A stretch of DNA of 64,000 nt. Source: Planctomycetota bacterium. Lineage in GTDB: Bacteria; Planctomycetota; UBA1135; JACQFD01. The position numbers and the translations under genes are program-made. This document shows, in pieces, positions 35,236-44,714 of this stretch (position 1 is its first letter; the number at the start of each line of letters is the position of its first letter). The notes under the pieces are model-generated. The model searched no databases. It had not been told where the DNA came from and saw only the letters and a program-made list of their open reading frames with translations. Location of the stretch: the NCBI GenBank assembly GCA_016792805.1, contig JAEUHX010000055.1, positions 17,481 to 81,480 on the forward strand, in the 5' to 3' direction.

Positions 35236-36081
35236 CTCGCGGAACGGATTTGCCACTTCTGTCACTTTTCCGGCATCGCTCACCGCGACGGTAAACCGCA
35301 TCCAGCCCATCGGGTCGCGCGGTGCGTCGAGCAGACGATACCCCCAATTTTTGTGAGTCTCATGATAGGGGCTCAATTCCTCCGGCTCACCGAGCAGCTC
35401 GCGCACTCGCGCGCCGGCATCGCCCACACGAATCGCTGCCATCGCCGCCATTCGCTTGCGATCGCGCTCCGTCGGCGGACCGATCTCCACCATCGCTTCG
35501 TTCGATGCCACTTCCAGCTCCGGCGTGGCGAACCAGCGCTTGCGATCCCGCTCAGACGGCTTGCTCAGCTCGAACAATTGCCCGGGGCCCGATCCACGGG
35601 CGAATCGATACACAAGCTGCACGCGGAACTTCCCCGGCATCGGAAACCCTGGTCCGAATCGCGGCCAGGGAGATCCGAGCCACCCGAGCGAGACATCTCC
35701 CAGCTCAACTCTTGCTCCGGGCTCCAGACGCAACCAATCGCTGCTTTGGATCCCATTCACGTTCCCGCATCGCCCCACGATGTGCGGCGGAAGCTCCTCC
35801 CCAACCTCACTCTTCACCACCCACCGATAGCTCGGCATGCGCATTCCCTCCGCAGACCCGTCGAGCGGCAGGATCACCTCTACGCCCTCCTTCGTCGGAT
35901 TCGACCACGCGACGCGAAACGCCGGCTGCTCTCCAAATTTGTAAACTCGCTCCTCGCAGCGAATGTGTAGTATCGGCTTCGCTGCTGCCGGGCGTGTCTC
36001 CGCGGGCCCGCTCGACGCAGGCCGCGATTGCGCAGCGAGCACCACCGCCGCACCACTCATTAGGGCCGTTCGAATCCACAT
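35230..36081 (-). CDS. Secreted hypothetical protein with a C-terminal BamE-like motif
   Basis: Trimmed to ATG 36081 (MWIRTALMSGAAVVLAAQS signal peptide). The C-terminal ARVRELLGEPEELSPY...WGYRL echoes the motif of the three small paralogues. Confidence 0.6.
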   Translation of the reverse strand: MWIRTALMSGAAVVLAAQSRPASSGPAETRPAAAKPILHIRCEERVYKFGEQPAFRVAWSNPTKEGVEVILPLDGSAEGMRMPSYRWVVKSEVGEELPPHIVGRCGNVNGIQSSDWLRLEPGARVELGDVSLGWLGSPWPRFGPGFPMPGKFRVQLVYRFARGSGPGQLFELSKPSERDRKRWFATPELEVASNEAMVEIGPPTERDRKRMAAMAAIRVGDAGARVRELLGEPEELSPYHETHKNWGYRLLDAPRDPMGWMRFTVAVSDAGKVTEVANPFREL

Positions 36082-36172
36082 AGCCGATCCCCCTACGATG
36101 CCCGGAGTCCTCCGTTCCGGCCATCCCTCAAGTATCTCTGCGATCCACTGGCGCCGCGACAAGCTCGCGCGC

Positions 36173-37333
36173 GTGGCGCATGGTCATCTCGTTGGAATCG
36201 AGCGGACTCCGCGCCAAGCTTCCCCCGTGCTCCTCGCCCTCAGGCCAGTCCTCGCGCTGCTCCTCGCAGTGCCGCTGCGGGCATTCGCCCAACAGCCCGG
36301 ATCGCCCCTCCTCGGAGCGCCCCAGGAGCCCACCTCGGCGCCGAGCAGTTCCCTCGAGGCGCTGCCCCGGCCGCGCCTCGATCTCTCCGCCAGCACGCGC
36401 GCCGAGGGCGGAGACGGCCGCACCGATCGCCTCGCGATCTACCGCGCCGGACTGCGCCTCGCCTTCTCCGTCGCCGATGGCTGGCGGCTCGGCGTGTCGC
36501 GAGAGGCGGTTTTGTATGACAACTCCGACCGCGACCGCCTCGACCTCGTCGGCGGCTACGACGTGGAGCACACGCCCAACGAGGATCAAGAATTCCGGCT
36601 TCGTTTCGAAAACCACACCGAGGGCGACGCGGAGCAGTCCTTCACCGGCGCCGGCGAGGCGCGAGCGCGCGTCAGCGACGCGCTCACCCTGCACGCCGGC
36701 ATCGCCCGCGCTTTTGTTGAAGAGTCACTTTTCTCCGCGGTCGGAGAGAATTCATACCTCGGGCGCGCGGGCCAAGTCCGCTCCAATCTCCTCTCCGTCG
36801 GCGCCGACTTCGACGGCGCCAGCGCCGACGCCCACGCCCTCGCCTTCGCGGGCGTGAACGAAGGCGTGCGCGTGCCGACCAACGTTCGCTGGGGAGCCTC
36901 CTTCGACGCCGGCTGGTCGCCCATGCACCCCGAAGGCGGCGCCGCCCTACCTCGCATCCGCGCCGGATGGCGCGGCGACGTGGCTGGCTTCCACAAGGAC
37001 GCCTCCGGATTCGTGAACTTCCCGCGCCCTGCCGGCGTGGCCCTCGGCGGTTACTTCAGCCCGCAGCTTTGGATGCGCCATGAGCTCACTCTTTCCGTGA
37101 GCTCACAAATCGGCACTAACACCCGCGCCGAGATCGGCGGCGGCTATGGACTGGAGCAGGCCGACTCCGCGACGACGGCGTTTTCGGAGCCGCGCTCCGC
37201 GTCGCGCGCGAGCGCGCGGCTCGAATCCCGGCTTGCCTCCGGGTTCGCCGTCGGCGTGAGCTATCAATTCGACGATGGCGGCGCCGCCGTGCGCGAGCAC
37301 GTCGGCATGATCACTCTGCGCATCGATTTTTGA
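36173..37333 (+). CDS. Outer-membrane beta-barrel protein (hypothetical)
   Basis: Signal peptide ...VLLALRPVLALLLAVPLRAFA-QQ. The body shows alternating beta-strand patterning. The C-terminus is ...GMITLRIDF (terminal Phe). The start is uncertain: GTG 36173 or GTG 36227. Confidence 0.6.
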   Translation: MAHGHLVGIERTPRQASPVLLALRPVLALLLAVPLRAFAQQPGSPLLGAPQEPTSAPSSSLEALPRPRLDLSASTRAEGGDGRTDRLAIYRAGLRLAFSVADGWRLGVSREAVLYDNSDRDRLDLVGGYDVEHTPNEDQEFRLRFENHTEGDAEQSFTGAGEARARVSDALTLHAGIARAFVEESLFSAVGENSYLGRAGQVRSNLLSVGADFDGASADAHALAFAGVNEGVRVPTNVRWGASFDAGWSPMHPEGGAALPRIRAGWRGDVAGFHKDASGFVNFPRPAGVALGGYFSPQLWMRHELTLSVSSQIGTNTRAEIGGGYGLEQADSATTAFSEPRSASRASARLESRLASGFAVGVSYQFDDGGAAVREHVGMITLRIDF

Positions 37334-37336
37334 AGA

Positions 37337-38749
37337 TCACTGCCGCGGCCGAATCTCGATCGGATACACCAGATCGGCCGGCTCGCCGCCCGCGCCGAGG
37401 AATCGCCGCAGCACGTGGAGCTGGTAGGCGCCCGGCGTCAATTGTTCAGATCGCAACAGAAGCGACAGCCGCCCCTTCCCGCCGCCGACCCGCTCGAAGG
37501 GAACGCCGCCCATGGCGTCGAGCTCGGATCCATCGGCGCGGCTAAGCCGCGCGTCGAAGACGATCTGCTCCTCGATCGGCAGCACGAGCGAAACCGGGAT
37601 CGGCACGCCGGGGTCGCGCAGCGACAGCACCGTGGCGCTGCGGCCGGGGTCCTCCCTCAGCGGCACGCCGAGATCGACGCCTTCGGCTCGCCCCACCTCG
37701 AGCCACCGGCTCGAGCCGCGAAATGTGGCGTGCGCCCCCAGGGGAATGATCACAGAAAGAACGGCGGCGATCACGGCGAGGCGTCGCCTCATCACCGGCT
37801 CGTCCATCTGGCCCGACAGCGTGTCGGCTGATTGGCGCTTCGAGCTCGAACGGAAAGCCTTCAAGATTGCGTCGCAGCCACCACAAATTCGCACGTGCTC
37901 CGCGACGCCGTCGCGCACTTCCGCGGTAGCAGCGAGCCCGTCGGCCAGGCCCAGCAGCTGCGCGGCGTCGGGGTGATCGCCGGTGCTCGCAGGCCCGACG
38001 CGCGCGAGCATGCGATCGAGCAGGTCGAGGTCGCGGTATGCGGCGCGGCATGGCGCGCTGCCGCCGAGGTGGTCGCGCACGCGGGCCGCGTCTTCGGGCG
38101 AAAGCTTGCCCGTCACTAAAAATGGAATCCTCACATATGCCGGTGTGTCGGGCGGCGGAGGCAGCTCCGCGCCCGGGGAAACCACCTGCCGGATCGTGGT
38201 CAAGACTGCGGAGAGCTGCGGGCCGTTCAGCTTGCACTCCGTCACGAACTCCGAGAACTCCGTTCGCTTCACAAAAATCGAGCGCAGGATCGAACGCGAC
38301 AATTCCGGAAGGTCACAAATTTTGGCGTAGAACGCCCTGTCGGATTGGGTCGCCGCGCCGGCGGCGAGCGCTGCGGCAAGCTCTCGCTTGCGAACCTGCG
38401 CCGCCGCCGCGCGCAGCACGCCGCGCGAAGCAGCCTGCTCAAGGGTTGTCACATCCGCGGGGGCGGCGAGCGTCGCTTCGATCGCTCCTTGGGCGAGCGA
38501 TTCCCGATCACCCGCGAGGTCGCCGAGACGCGCGGCCACCGCTTCCGCCGCCGCGCGAAAGAGCGCCACGGCCGCGGGCTCGCGGCGCTGGAGTCGGGCC
38601 AGGGCATCGGCGACGGGGTCGGGCACGCGGTCACACGATGGGCCGCGGCCCCGAGGAGCGCCAGACGGCGCCGAACTCGCCCCACCTCCGGGAGCGCCCG
38701 CGTCCGTCGCGGACGAAGGCGACGCGCCGCGACGTCCATCGGGTATCAC
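37337..38749 (-). CDS. Membrane protein with a degenerate sigma-like N-terminus, an Hx3Cx2C (ZAS/zf-HC2) motif, one TM and a periplasmic C-terminal domain
   Basis: HVRICGGC lies at 37874-37897. TM is RRRLAVIAAVLSVIIPLGA. The N-terminal LARLQRREPAAVALFRAAAEAV..LGDLAGDRESLAQGAIEATL and LSRSILRSIFVKRTEFSEFVTECKLNGPQLSAVLTTIRQVV resemble ECF regions 2 and 4 in pattern only. The start is uncertain: GTG 38749, or alternatively GTG 38626. Confidence 0.55.
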   Translation of the reverse strand: MIPDGRRGASPSSATDAGAPGGGASSAPSGAPRGRGPSCDRVPDPVADALARLQRREPAAVALFRAAAEAVAARLGDLAGDRESLAQGAIEATLAAPADVTTLEQAASRGVLRAAAAQVRKRELAAALAAGAATQSDRAFYAKICDLPELSRSILRSIFVKRTEFSEFVTECKLNGPQLSAVLTTIRQVVSPGAELPPPPDTPAYVRIPFLVTGKLSPEDAARVRDHLGGSAPCRAAYRDLDLLDRMLARVGPASTGDHPDAAQLLGLADGLAATAEVRDGVAEHVRICGGCDAILKAFRSSSKRQSADTLSGQMDEPVMRRRLAVIAAVLSVIIPLGAHATFRGSSRWLEVGRAEGVDLGVPLREDPGRSATVLSLRDPGVPIPVSLVLPIEEQIVFDARLSRADGSELDAMGGVPFERVGGGKGRLSLLLRSEQLTPGAYQLHVLRRFLGAGGEPADLVYPIEIRPRQ

Positions 38750-38755
38750 ACGGTC

Positions 38756-39871
38756 GTGGGCACTCTGCGCTGCCTCGCGACGATTCCCCTGCTCCTCCTT
38801 GCCGCCTGTGCGGCTTCGGCGCCCCCAGGGCGCCCGGGCAGATGGGCCGCAGCCGATTTGTTATTCCATCGCGAGCCGCGCTGGCTCGGCGCCGACGCCG
38901 CCTACTCCGTGCCGCTCGGCAGCGATCGATTTCTATGGCTTTTTGGCGACACATTCATTGCAACAACTCCGGAGCGGATCCGGCGACGCTCCGTCATGGT
39001 CCGAAACAGCGTTGCGCTCCAAACGGGCGCCGACCCCACTGTCGCGGCGATCACGTTCCACTGGGGCGAAGCGGCCGGCGCTCCAAGTTCATTCTTCCCC
39101 GAGGAGAGAGATCAATTCTACTGGCCGCTCCACGGAGTGCGTCTGCGCGACGGCACGCTCGTGCTTTTCTTTACTGTTCTTCATAATACTCCGGGAGAAG
39201 GTCTCGGGTTCGCCGCCGACGGCTGGGCCATCGCGCGCGTGAACTCGAAGGAGGCCGACCAGCCGGCAGATCTGTGGAAACCGGACTTCGTGCGCCCGGC
39301 GGTCACTCCACCGGGGATCATCCTCGGGCAGAGCGTCCTCGAGCTCGACGGCTGGATCTACGTCTTCGGAATCCGCGAGCCGGGGAGCCACGCGGGTGTG
39401 CTCGCGCGGTTCCAGCCGGCGGCGCTCTCCGCCGGACACGTCGACGAGGGCGAAGGGTGGTGCGGCCCCGCGCGCGGCTGGTTGCGGTGGGACGGCCTCA
39501 AAGCGACAGATCTTGCCGACGTGCTCCCCGATGCAGGACCCGAGTGCTCGTTGCACAAATCGCCTGACGGGGAGTTTCTTCACCACATGAGCCTCGGCTT
39601 TGGCTCCACGTCGATCGCGCGAAGCCACGCGCCGGAAATCACAGGGCCTTGGTCGCGGCCGGAAGTGATCTTCCGACCGCCGGAATCGGACCTCCCCGGA
39701 ATTTTGGTGTACGCCGGAAAGGCGCACCCTTGGATCGACGCAGGCCGCGACGAGAAGGGAAAACCCCTTCTTGCCGCGACCTACGCAAGCAATACGCTCA
39801 ACGACCTCGCGCGGCTGCTGGACGACTGGAGCCTCTACTTTCCGCGATTTGTGAGACTCGCCCCGCGCTGA
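38756..39871 (+). CDS. DUF4185-like lipoprotein (beta-propeller, glycoside-hydrolase-like)
   Basis: ORF 38345..39871 trimmed to GTG 38756 ((M)GTLRCLATIPLLLLAAC lipobox). Contains LWLFGDTFI, YWPLHG and GWIYVFG blocks as in DUF4185 proteins (from memory). Confidence 0.7.
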   Translation: MGTLRCLATIPLLLLAACAASAPPGRPGRWAAADLLFHREPRWLGADAAYSVPLGSDRFLWLFGDTFIATTPERIRRRSVMVRNSVALQTGADPTVAAITFHWGEAAGAPSSFFPEERDQFYWPLHGVRLRDGTLVLFFTVLHNTPGEGLGFAADGWAIARVNSKEADQPADLWKPDFVRPAVTPPGIILGQSVLELDGWIYVFGIREPGSHAGVLARFQPAALSAGHVDEGEGWCGPARGWLRWDGLKATDLADVLPDAGPECSLHKSPDGEFLHHMSLGFGSTSIARSHAPEITGPWSRPEVIFRPPESDLPGILVYAGKAHPWIDAGRDEKGKPLLAATYASNTLNDLARLLDDWSLYFPRFVRLAPR

Positions 39872-39882
39872 GTTCGGCAGGA

Positions 39883-41457
39883 CTACGGCTGATACAGCTC
39901 GCAGGTCAGCGGGCCGCCGCCGAGGATGATCACGCGGCCATCCATCGGGCTTACCGCGGCGCTCGCTCCCGCGCGCGCCGCGCCCATCGTCGGGCCCGGC
40001 GTCACAGTGCTGGGGGTGACCAGTTCGGAGGTCGCTGTCGCCGAAGGCGACACAAGGCCACCCAGGTTGCCGGAGAGCAGCGAGCCAATATCAAGATTCC
40101 CGCTCAGGCCGCCCGCCACGAGGATCTTGTTGCCAGGGAGCAGCGTTGCCGTGTGCAGCGCGCGCGACTCGCTCAAAAGCGGGCCATTACCCCAGGGCGC
40201 GAAGGGACTCGACGGGTTGAAGATTGCCGTGGTGTCGATCGAGCCGAGCACGATCTGTGTGAGATCTCCCGACTCAAGCACGCCCGAGAGATCAGCCGTG
40301 ATGCCACCGATCAGCTGCACTCTTCCGTCGGCGAGCTTGACCGCCGAGTGGAACATGCGGGAGCCAGTGAAGAGCGCCGGCAGGAACCCGAAGGAGTTCG
40401 TTGCGGCGTTGTAAGTGTACGAAAGGTTGGAAATGAAAGGGATGCCGAAGGCTTGCGCAAGGCCGCCCGCCACCAGCACATTTCCGTTGTTGAGCTTTGT
40501 CGCCGTATGGAACGCCTTTCCTTCGACGAGGCTCGGCCCCGCAGCGAACGAATTCGTCGCCGGATCGTACAGCTCGGTCGACTGCAGCACGCCCGTGAGC
40601 AGCGAAGCCGGATTCGCGAGGTCGATCGCGCCGATGCCGCCAGTGATGATCACCTTTCCGTTGTTCAGCAGCACCGCGGCCGCGCCCGCGCGCGCCGTAG
40701 TCATCGGCGTCGCCGTGGGAGTCGTCGTGCCGTCGGCGGGATCAAACAGATAGGCCTCGGTCGTGGTCTGAATGTTCACACCGAGCTGCCCCGTCCCGTC
40801 GAGCCCGGCCGTGATGCCGCCCGCCACCAGAATCTTGCCGTTGGCAAGCTGCGTGCGCGACGAGAGCGGATAGCCGCCGGCAGACATCAGCCCCGACGGA
40901 ATCGCCTGCTGGAGGCATGTGTCGTAGGTCTGCACAACGGGACCCGCGCCGCCGATTGCGAGAAGGTCGCCGTCCGCCTGAGGTAACAAATCGCCGAGAA
41001 TGGAGAACGACGAAGGCAGCCCGACGGCATCGGCGAACGTGTTGGGCGCTTGGAATGTGGCGCGGCAGAGATTGGAGATCAGCAGCCCCGTCGCCGGCCC
41101 GACGGTGACGCCCTGAAAGCTAATTCTTCCGCCGGCCCACTCCGCAGTGGTCGGGAACGAGAAATTCACAATTCCTCCTCCGGGAATTGTGCCTTCAATA
41201 TGGAGATTCTCCTGAATGGCTCGAATCGGATCGACGAGCAGGATGATGCCGTCACCGAGATCGGTGAGCGACTCCTCGAATGAGAAGAAGATCATGTAGA
41301 AGTCGCCGGGCGTGCCGTTGAGACGCACGTTTCCCGTTCCCGGCGCGACAGCGCTCGTGATGTCAACGCGGACGTCTTGAGAGAGGGCCGACGGTGCCGC
41401 CACGGCGAGCGCCGCGGCATGGAGGATTGCGAGGTGGAAGTGTTTTCGAGAGTTCAT
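39883..41457 (-). CDS. Secreted Kelch-repeat beta-propeller protein
   Basis: Signal peptide MNSRKHFHLAILHAAALAVAAPSALSQ. Recurring Kelch-type units: LNNGKVIITGG, LNNGNVLVAGG, LADGRVQLIGG, LPGNKILVAGG, MDGRVIILGGG. Confidence 0.85.
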   Translation of the reverse strand: MNSRKHFHLAILHAAALAVAAPSALSQDVRVDITSAVAPGTGNVRLNGTPGDFYMIFFSFEESLTDLGDGIILLVDPIRAIQENLHIEGTIPGGGIVNFSFPTTAEWAGGRISFQGVTVGPATGLLISNLCRATFQAPNTFADAVGLPSSFSILGDLLPQADGDLLAIGGAGPVVQTYDTCLQQAIPSGLMSAGGYPLSSRTQLANGKILVAGGITAGLDGTGQLGVNIQTTTEAYLFDPADGTTTPTATPMTTARAGAAAVLLNNGKVIITGGIGAIDLANPASLLTGVLQSTELYDPATNSFAAGPSLVEGKAFHTATKLNNGNVLVAGGLAQAFGIPFISNLSYTYNAATNSFGFLPALFTGSRMFHSAVKLADGRVQLIGGITADLSGVLESGDLTQIVLGSIDTTAIFNPSSPFAPWGNGPLLSESRALHTATLLPGNKILVAGGLSGNLDIGSLLSGNLGGLVSPSATATSELVTPSTVTPGPTMGAARAGASAAVSPMDGRVIILGGGPLTCELYQP

Positions 41458-41554
41458 CGGAGTTCAGCGTTTGGAGGCAAGGCGCCCCATCGGGTCGCTT
41501 CGAGCCTATCCCAAGCTTCCGATTTCGGGGGATGCGAGTTAGAAGCGCGACGCC

Positions 41555-42721
41555 ATGCCTGAGCTCACGTCGAACCCGGCCCTCCGGTCGCTGGCGGCCT
41601 ACCCCATGGAGCGCCTCCATGCGCTGAAGGCCGACCTCCGGAAGCGCGGCGTACCGATCCACGACTTCGGCACCGGCGACCCGATCGAGCCGACGCCGGC
41701 GTTCCTGCGGGAGGCGTTCCTGCGGGCAGTGCCGGAGGTGTCGCAGTACCCGACGGTCTCCGGGAAGCCGGAGCTGCGGCGCGCGATTGCCGGATACCTC
41801 GATCGGAGGTTCGGCGTGACCGTGGATGCCGACCGGGAGGTGATTCCGACCTCCGGTTCGAAGGAGGCGATCTACCACCTGCCGCAGTCGTTCATCGACC
41901 CGCGCAGTGCGCGGCGCGGTGTGGCGTTCCTGGAGCCCTGCTACGCGGTCTATCGGCTCGGGGCACTCTTCGGCGGCGCCGAGCCGATCGCGCTGAAGCT
42001 GCGCGCCGAGGATGGCTTCCTTTTCCGCCCCGATCTGCCGGGGCGAGTGCCGGACGACATTGCGGCGCGGATCGCGATTCTATGGATCAATTATCCGCAC
42101 AATCCGACGGGCGCACAAATGACGAAGGACGACCTCGCGCGCACCGCGGCTTGGTGCGCGGAGCGCGGGATCCTGCTCGCTTCGGACGAGTGCTATTGTG
42201 ATGTCTACGGAGGCGAGCCGGCGCCGTCGGTGCTGCAGGTGGCGCGGCAGGGCGTTCTCGCGTTTCATTCGCTGTCGAAGCGCAGCGGGATGACGGGCTA
42301 TCGCCAGGGATTTGTTGCAGGCGACCCGGAACTCGTGGCGCAATACAAGGCGGCGCGTGCCGGATTCGGCGTCGCGCCGCACGAGCCGGGCCAGGAAGCG
42401 GCGCGCCTCGCGTGGAGCGATTCGACGCACGCGGAAGAGCGCCGGCAGGTGTTCCTCGCGAAGCGGCGGCTTTTCATGGAGTTCTTTCTCGAGGCCGGCA
42501 TCGAGGTCGTCGCGAGCCGTTCCGCGATTCTGTATCTGTGGATTCGTGTTCCTCAGGGTATGACCTCGATGGACTACGCCATGAAGCTTGCACAATTCGG
42601 AATCGTGATCTCGCCGGGAACTGATTTCGGCGACGCGGGCGAGGGATTCGCCCGGCTCGCGCTGGTGCCGACGCTGGAGGGCTGCCACGCCGCAATCGAC
42701 GCGTGGCGGAGGGCGCTATGA
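41555..42721 (+). CDS. dapC: Class I aminotransferase, probable succinyldiaminopimelate aminotransferase
   Basis: Aminotransferase fold (NYPHNPTG, SDECYCD, HSLSKRSGMTGYRQG). The function is inferred from translationally coupled dapD and dapE downstream. Confidence 0.8.
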   Translation: MPELTSNPALRSLAAYPMERLHALKADLRKRGVPIHDFGTGDPIEPTPAFLREAFLRAVPEVSQYPTVSGKPELRRAIAGYLDRRFGVTVDADREVIPTSGSKEAIYHLPQSFIDPRSARRGVAFLEPCYAVYRLGALFGGAEPIALKLRAEDGFLFRPDLPGRVPDDIAARIAILWINYPHNPTGAQMTKDDLARTAAWCAERGILLASDECYCDVYGGEPAPSVLQVARQGVLAFHSLSKRSGMTGYRQGFVAGDPELVAQYKAARAGFGVAPHEPGQEAARLAWSDSTHAEERRQVFLAKRRLFMEFFLEAGIEVVASRSAILYLWIRVPQGMTSMDYAMKLAQFGIVISPGTDFGDAGEGFARLALVPTLEGCHAAIDAWRRAL

Positions 42722-43566
42722 CACTCGATCCCGAGGTCGCTCGGGCGACGCCCGAGATTCTGCGAAGCCATGTGGAGCAAGCCTGGAACGACCGGCGGCT
42801 CCTCGAGCAGCCGCACTACAAGGCGGTTGTCTCGGAAGTGATGGCGCGGCTCAACCATGGAGAGCTGCGCGTCGCCGAGAAAATCGACGGCGCCTGGAAG
42901 ACCCACGAGTGGGTGAAGAAGGCGATCGTACTTTTCTTCCCGATGTCCTCAATGTCGATCCACAAATCGGGGCCCTTCGAGTGGCACGACAAGGTGCCGA
43001 TCAAATCGGGGCTCGACCGCGCGGGTGTGCGCGCCGTGCCCGGCGCCATCGTGCGTTACTCGGCATTTGTGGAGAAGGGCGCCGTGCTGATGCCCTCTTT
43101 TGTGAATGTCGGCGCGCGCGTCGGCTCGGGCACGATGATCGACACGTGGGCGACGGTGGGAAGCTGCGCGCAGGTCGGGCGCGATTGCCACGTCGCCGGT
43201 GGCGTCGGCATCGGGGGCGTGCTGGAGCCGCCCGCGGCAACACCGGTGATTGTTGAAGATCACTGCTTCCTCGGCTCGCGCTGCATCGTCGTGGAAGGCG
43301 CCATCATCGAGGAGGGCGCGGTCCTCGGGGCGAACGTCGTCGTGACGGCCACCACTCACATCATTGATGTGACGCAGAAGGAGCCGGTGGTGTACCGCGG
43401 CCGCGTTCCGGCGAATGCCGTGGTGATTCCCGGCACGCGCCCGAAAGAATTCGCAGGCGGGACGTTCGGCGTGCCGTGCGCGCTCATCATCGGTCGGCGA
43501 AGCGCTGATACAGATCGAAAGACTTCTCTCAATTCTGCGCTGCGCGACTACGACGTGCAGGCGTGA
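42718..43566 (+). CDS. dapD: 2,3,4,5-tetrahydropyridine-2,6-dicarboxylate N-succinyltransferase
   Basis: Contains LNHGELRVAEKIDGAWKTHEWVKKAIVLFF plus hexapeptide repeats (GAVLMPSFVNVGARVGSGTMIDTWATVGSCAQVG). ATG 42718 forms an ATGA overlap with the dapC stop; the track's GTG 42703 is the alternative. Confidence 0.93.
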   Translation: MTLDPEVARATPEILRSHVEQAWNDRRLLEQPHYKAVVSEVMARLNHGELRVAEKIDGAWKTHEWVKKAIVLFFPMSSMSIHKSGPFEWHDKVPIKSGLDRAGVRAVPGAIVRYSAFVEKGAVLMPSFVNVGARVGSGTMIDTWATVGSCAQVGRDCHVAGGVGIGGVLEPPAATPVIVEDHCFLGSRCIVVEGAIIEEGAVLGANVVVTATTHIIDVTQKEPVVYRGRVPANAVVIPGTRPKEFAGGTFGVPCALIIGRRSADTDRKTSLNSALRDYDVQA

Positions 43567-44630
43567 CAGCGCCGCCGAAATCGCTGCTCGACCTCACGCT
43601 CGAGCTGCTCGCGATCCCGTCGGTGATCGGGAACGAGCGCGCAATCGCCGACGCCGTGGAGACAAGGCTCCGCTCGCTCGCCGCTCGCGTCGTGCGACAC
43701 CAAAATTCGCTCGCAGCCTTTGGCCCGCGGCGCGGAAAGCCACTTGTCGCCCTTGTCGGGCATCTCGATACCGTTGCGGCGGCCGAGGAGGCTGCATTTG
43801 TTCCAAGGCTCGAGGGCGCGCGCATCGTTGGGCTCGGCTCAAGCGACATGAAGGGCGCCATCGCCTGCGATCTGTGGATTCTCGAGCACTTGGACCTCAG
43901 CGCGCTCGACCTCGATCTCGCGTGGGTTCTATATGAAAAGGAAGAGGGGCCGATCGCCGACAACGGCCTGCTGCCGCTCATTGAGGCGGTTCCGGAGCTG
44001 CGGGAGGTGGACCTCGCCATTTGTGGTGAGCCGACGGACAACGCCGTGCAGCTCGGCTGCATGGGCTCGGCCCATGCGCGCGTGGTGTTCACGGGGCGCG
44101 CCGCCCACAGCGCGCGGCCTTGGCAGGGAGAGAACGCGGTGCACAAGGCAGCCGGCATGTTGAGCGCGCTCGCGTCGCGCGCTCCCCGGGAAGTGATGCT
44201 CGACGGGCTGCCGTTTCGAGAAGTGATTTCGGCCACGCTCGCTCACGGCGGGCGGTCGCGCAACGTGGTTCCCGACCGCTTTGAATTGAATCTCAATATT
44301 CGATTCGCGGCGGGGAGGTCGCGGGCGAATGTCGAAGCGGAAGTGCGGGCGCTCGCATCGGAGGCGAGCGAAGTCAACTGGATCGACTTCGCGCCAGCGG
44401 CGCCACCGCGGGGCGACCACGCGCTCGTGCGGCGCCTCGTGCAGCGGACCGGCGCGGCAGTGGAGCCGAAGCAGGCCTGGACCGACGTGGCGCAGTTGTC
44501 ACAAATTGGGATCGCAGCAGTGAACTTTGGCCCCGGCGAGCAGGCGCAGGCGCATCAGCGCGGCGAGTCGATCTCGGTGGAGCTTCTGGGAAACGGGCTC
44601 GAGCTGCGCAGGAAGTTCCTCGGCGGCTGA
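43563..44630 (+). CDS. dapE: Succinyl-diaminopimelate desuccinylase (M20 peptidase family)
   Basis: M20 motifs LVGHLDTV, GSSDMKG and EEGP. GTGA overlap with the dapD stop. Confidence 0.85.
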   Translation: MTAPPKSLLDLTLELLAIPSVIGNERAIADAVETRLRSLAARVVRHQNSLAAFGPRRGKPLVALVGHLDTVAAAEEAAFVPRLEGARIVGLGSSDMKGAIACDLWILEHLDLSALDLDLAWVLYEKEEGPIADNGLLPLIEAVPELREVDLAICGEPTDNAVQLGCMGSAHARVVFTGRAAHSARPWQGENAVHKAAGMLSALASRAPREVMLDGLPFREVISATLAHGGRSRNVVPDRFELNLNIRFAAGRSRANVEAEVRALASEASEVNWIDFAPAAPPRGDHALVRRLVQRTGAAVEPKQAWTDVAQLSQIGIAAVNFGPGEQAQAHQRGESISVELLGNGLELRRKFLGG

Positions 44631-44681
44631 AAGAAATTTGTGGCTTCGGCAAGTTGGCCGGCGCCACGGATCCGGTGATGG

Positions 44682-44701
44682 TTTTGGCGCACGCGCCAAA
44701 A
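44682..44701. terminator. Candidate bidirectional terminator hairpin
   Basis: The palindrome ttttggcgc-ac-gcgccaaaa carries T/A runs on both flanks. It sits between convergent dapE (+) and the minus-strand small ORF/ABC operon. Confidence 0.4.
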
Positions 44702-44714
44702 GTTACATGTTCCC

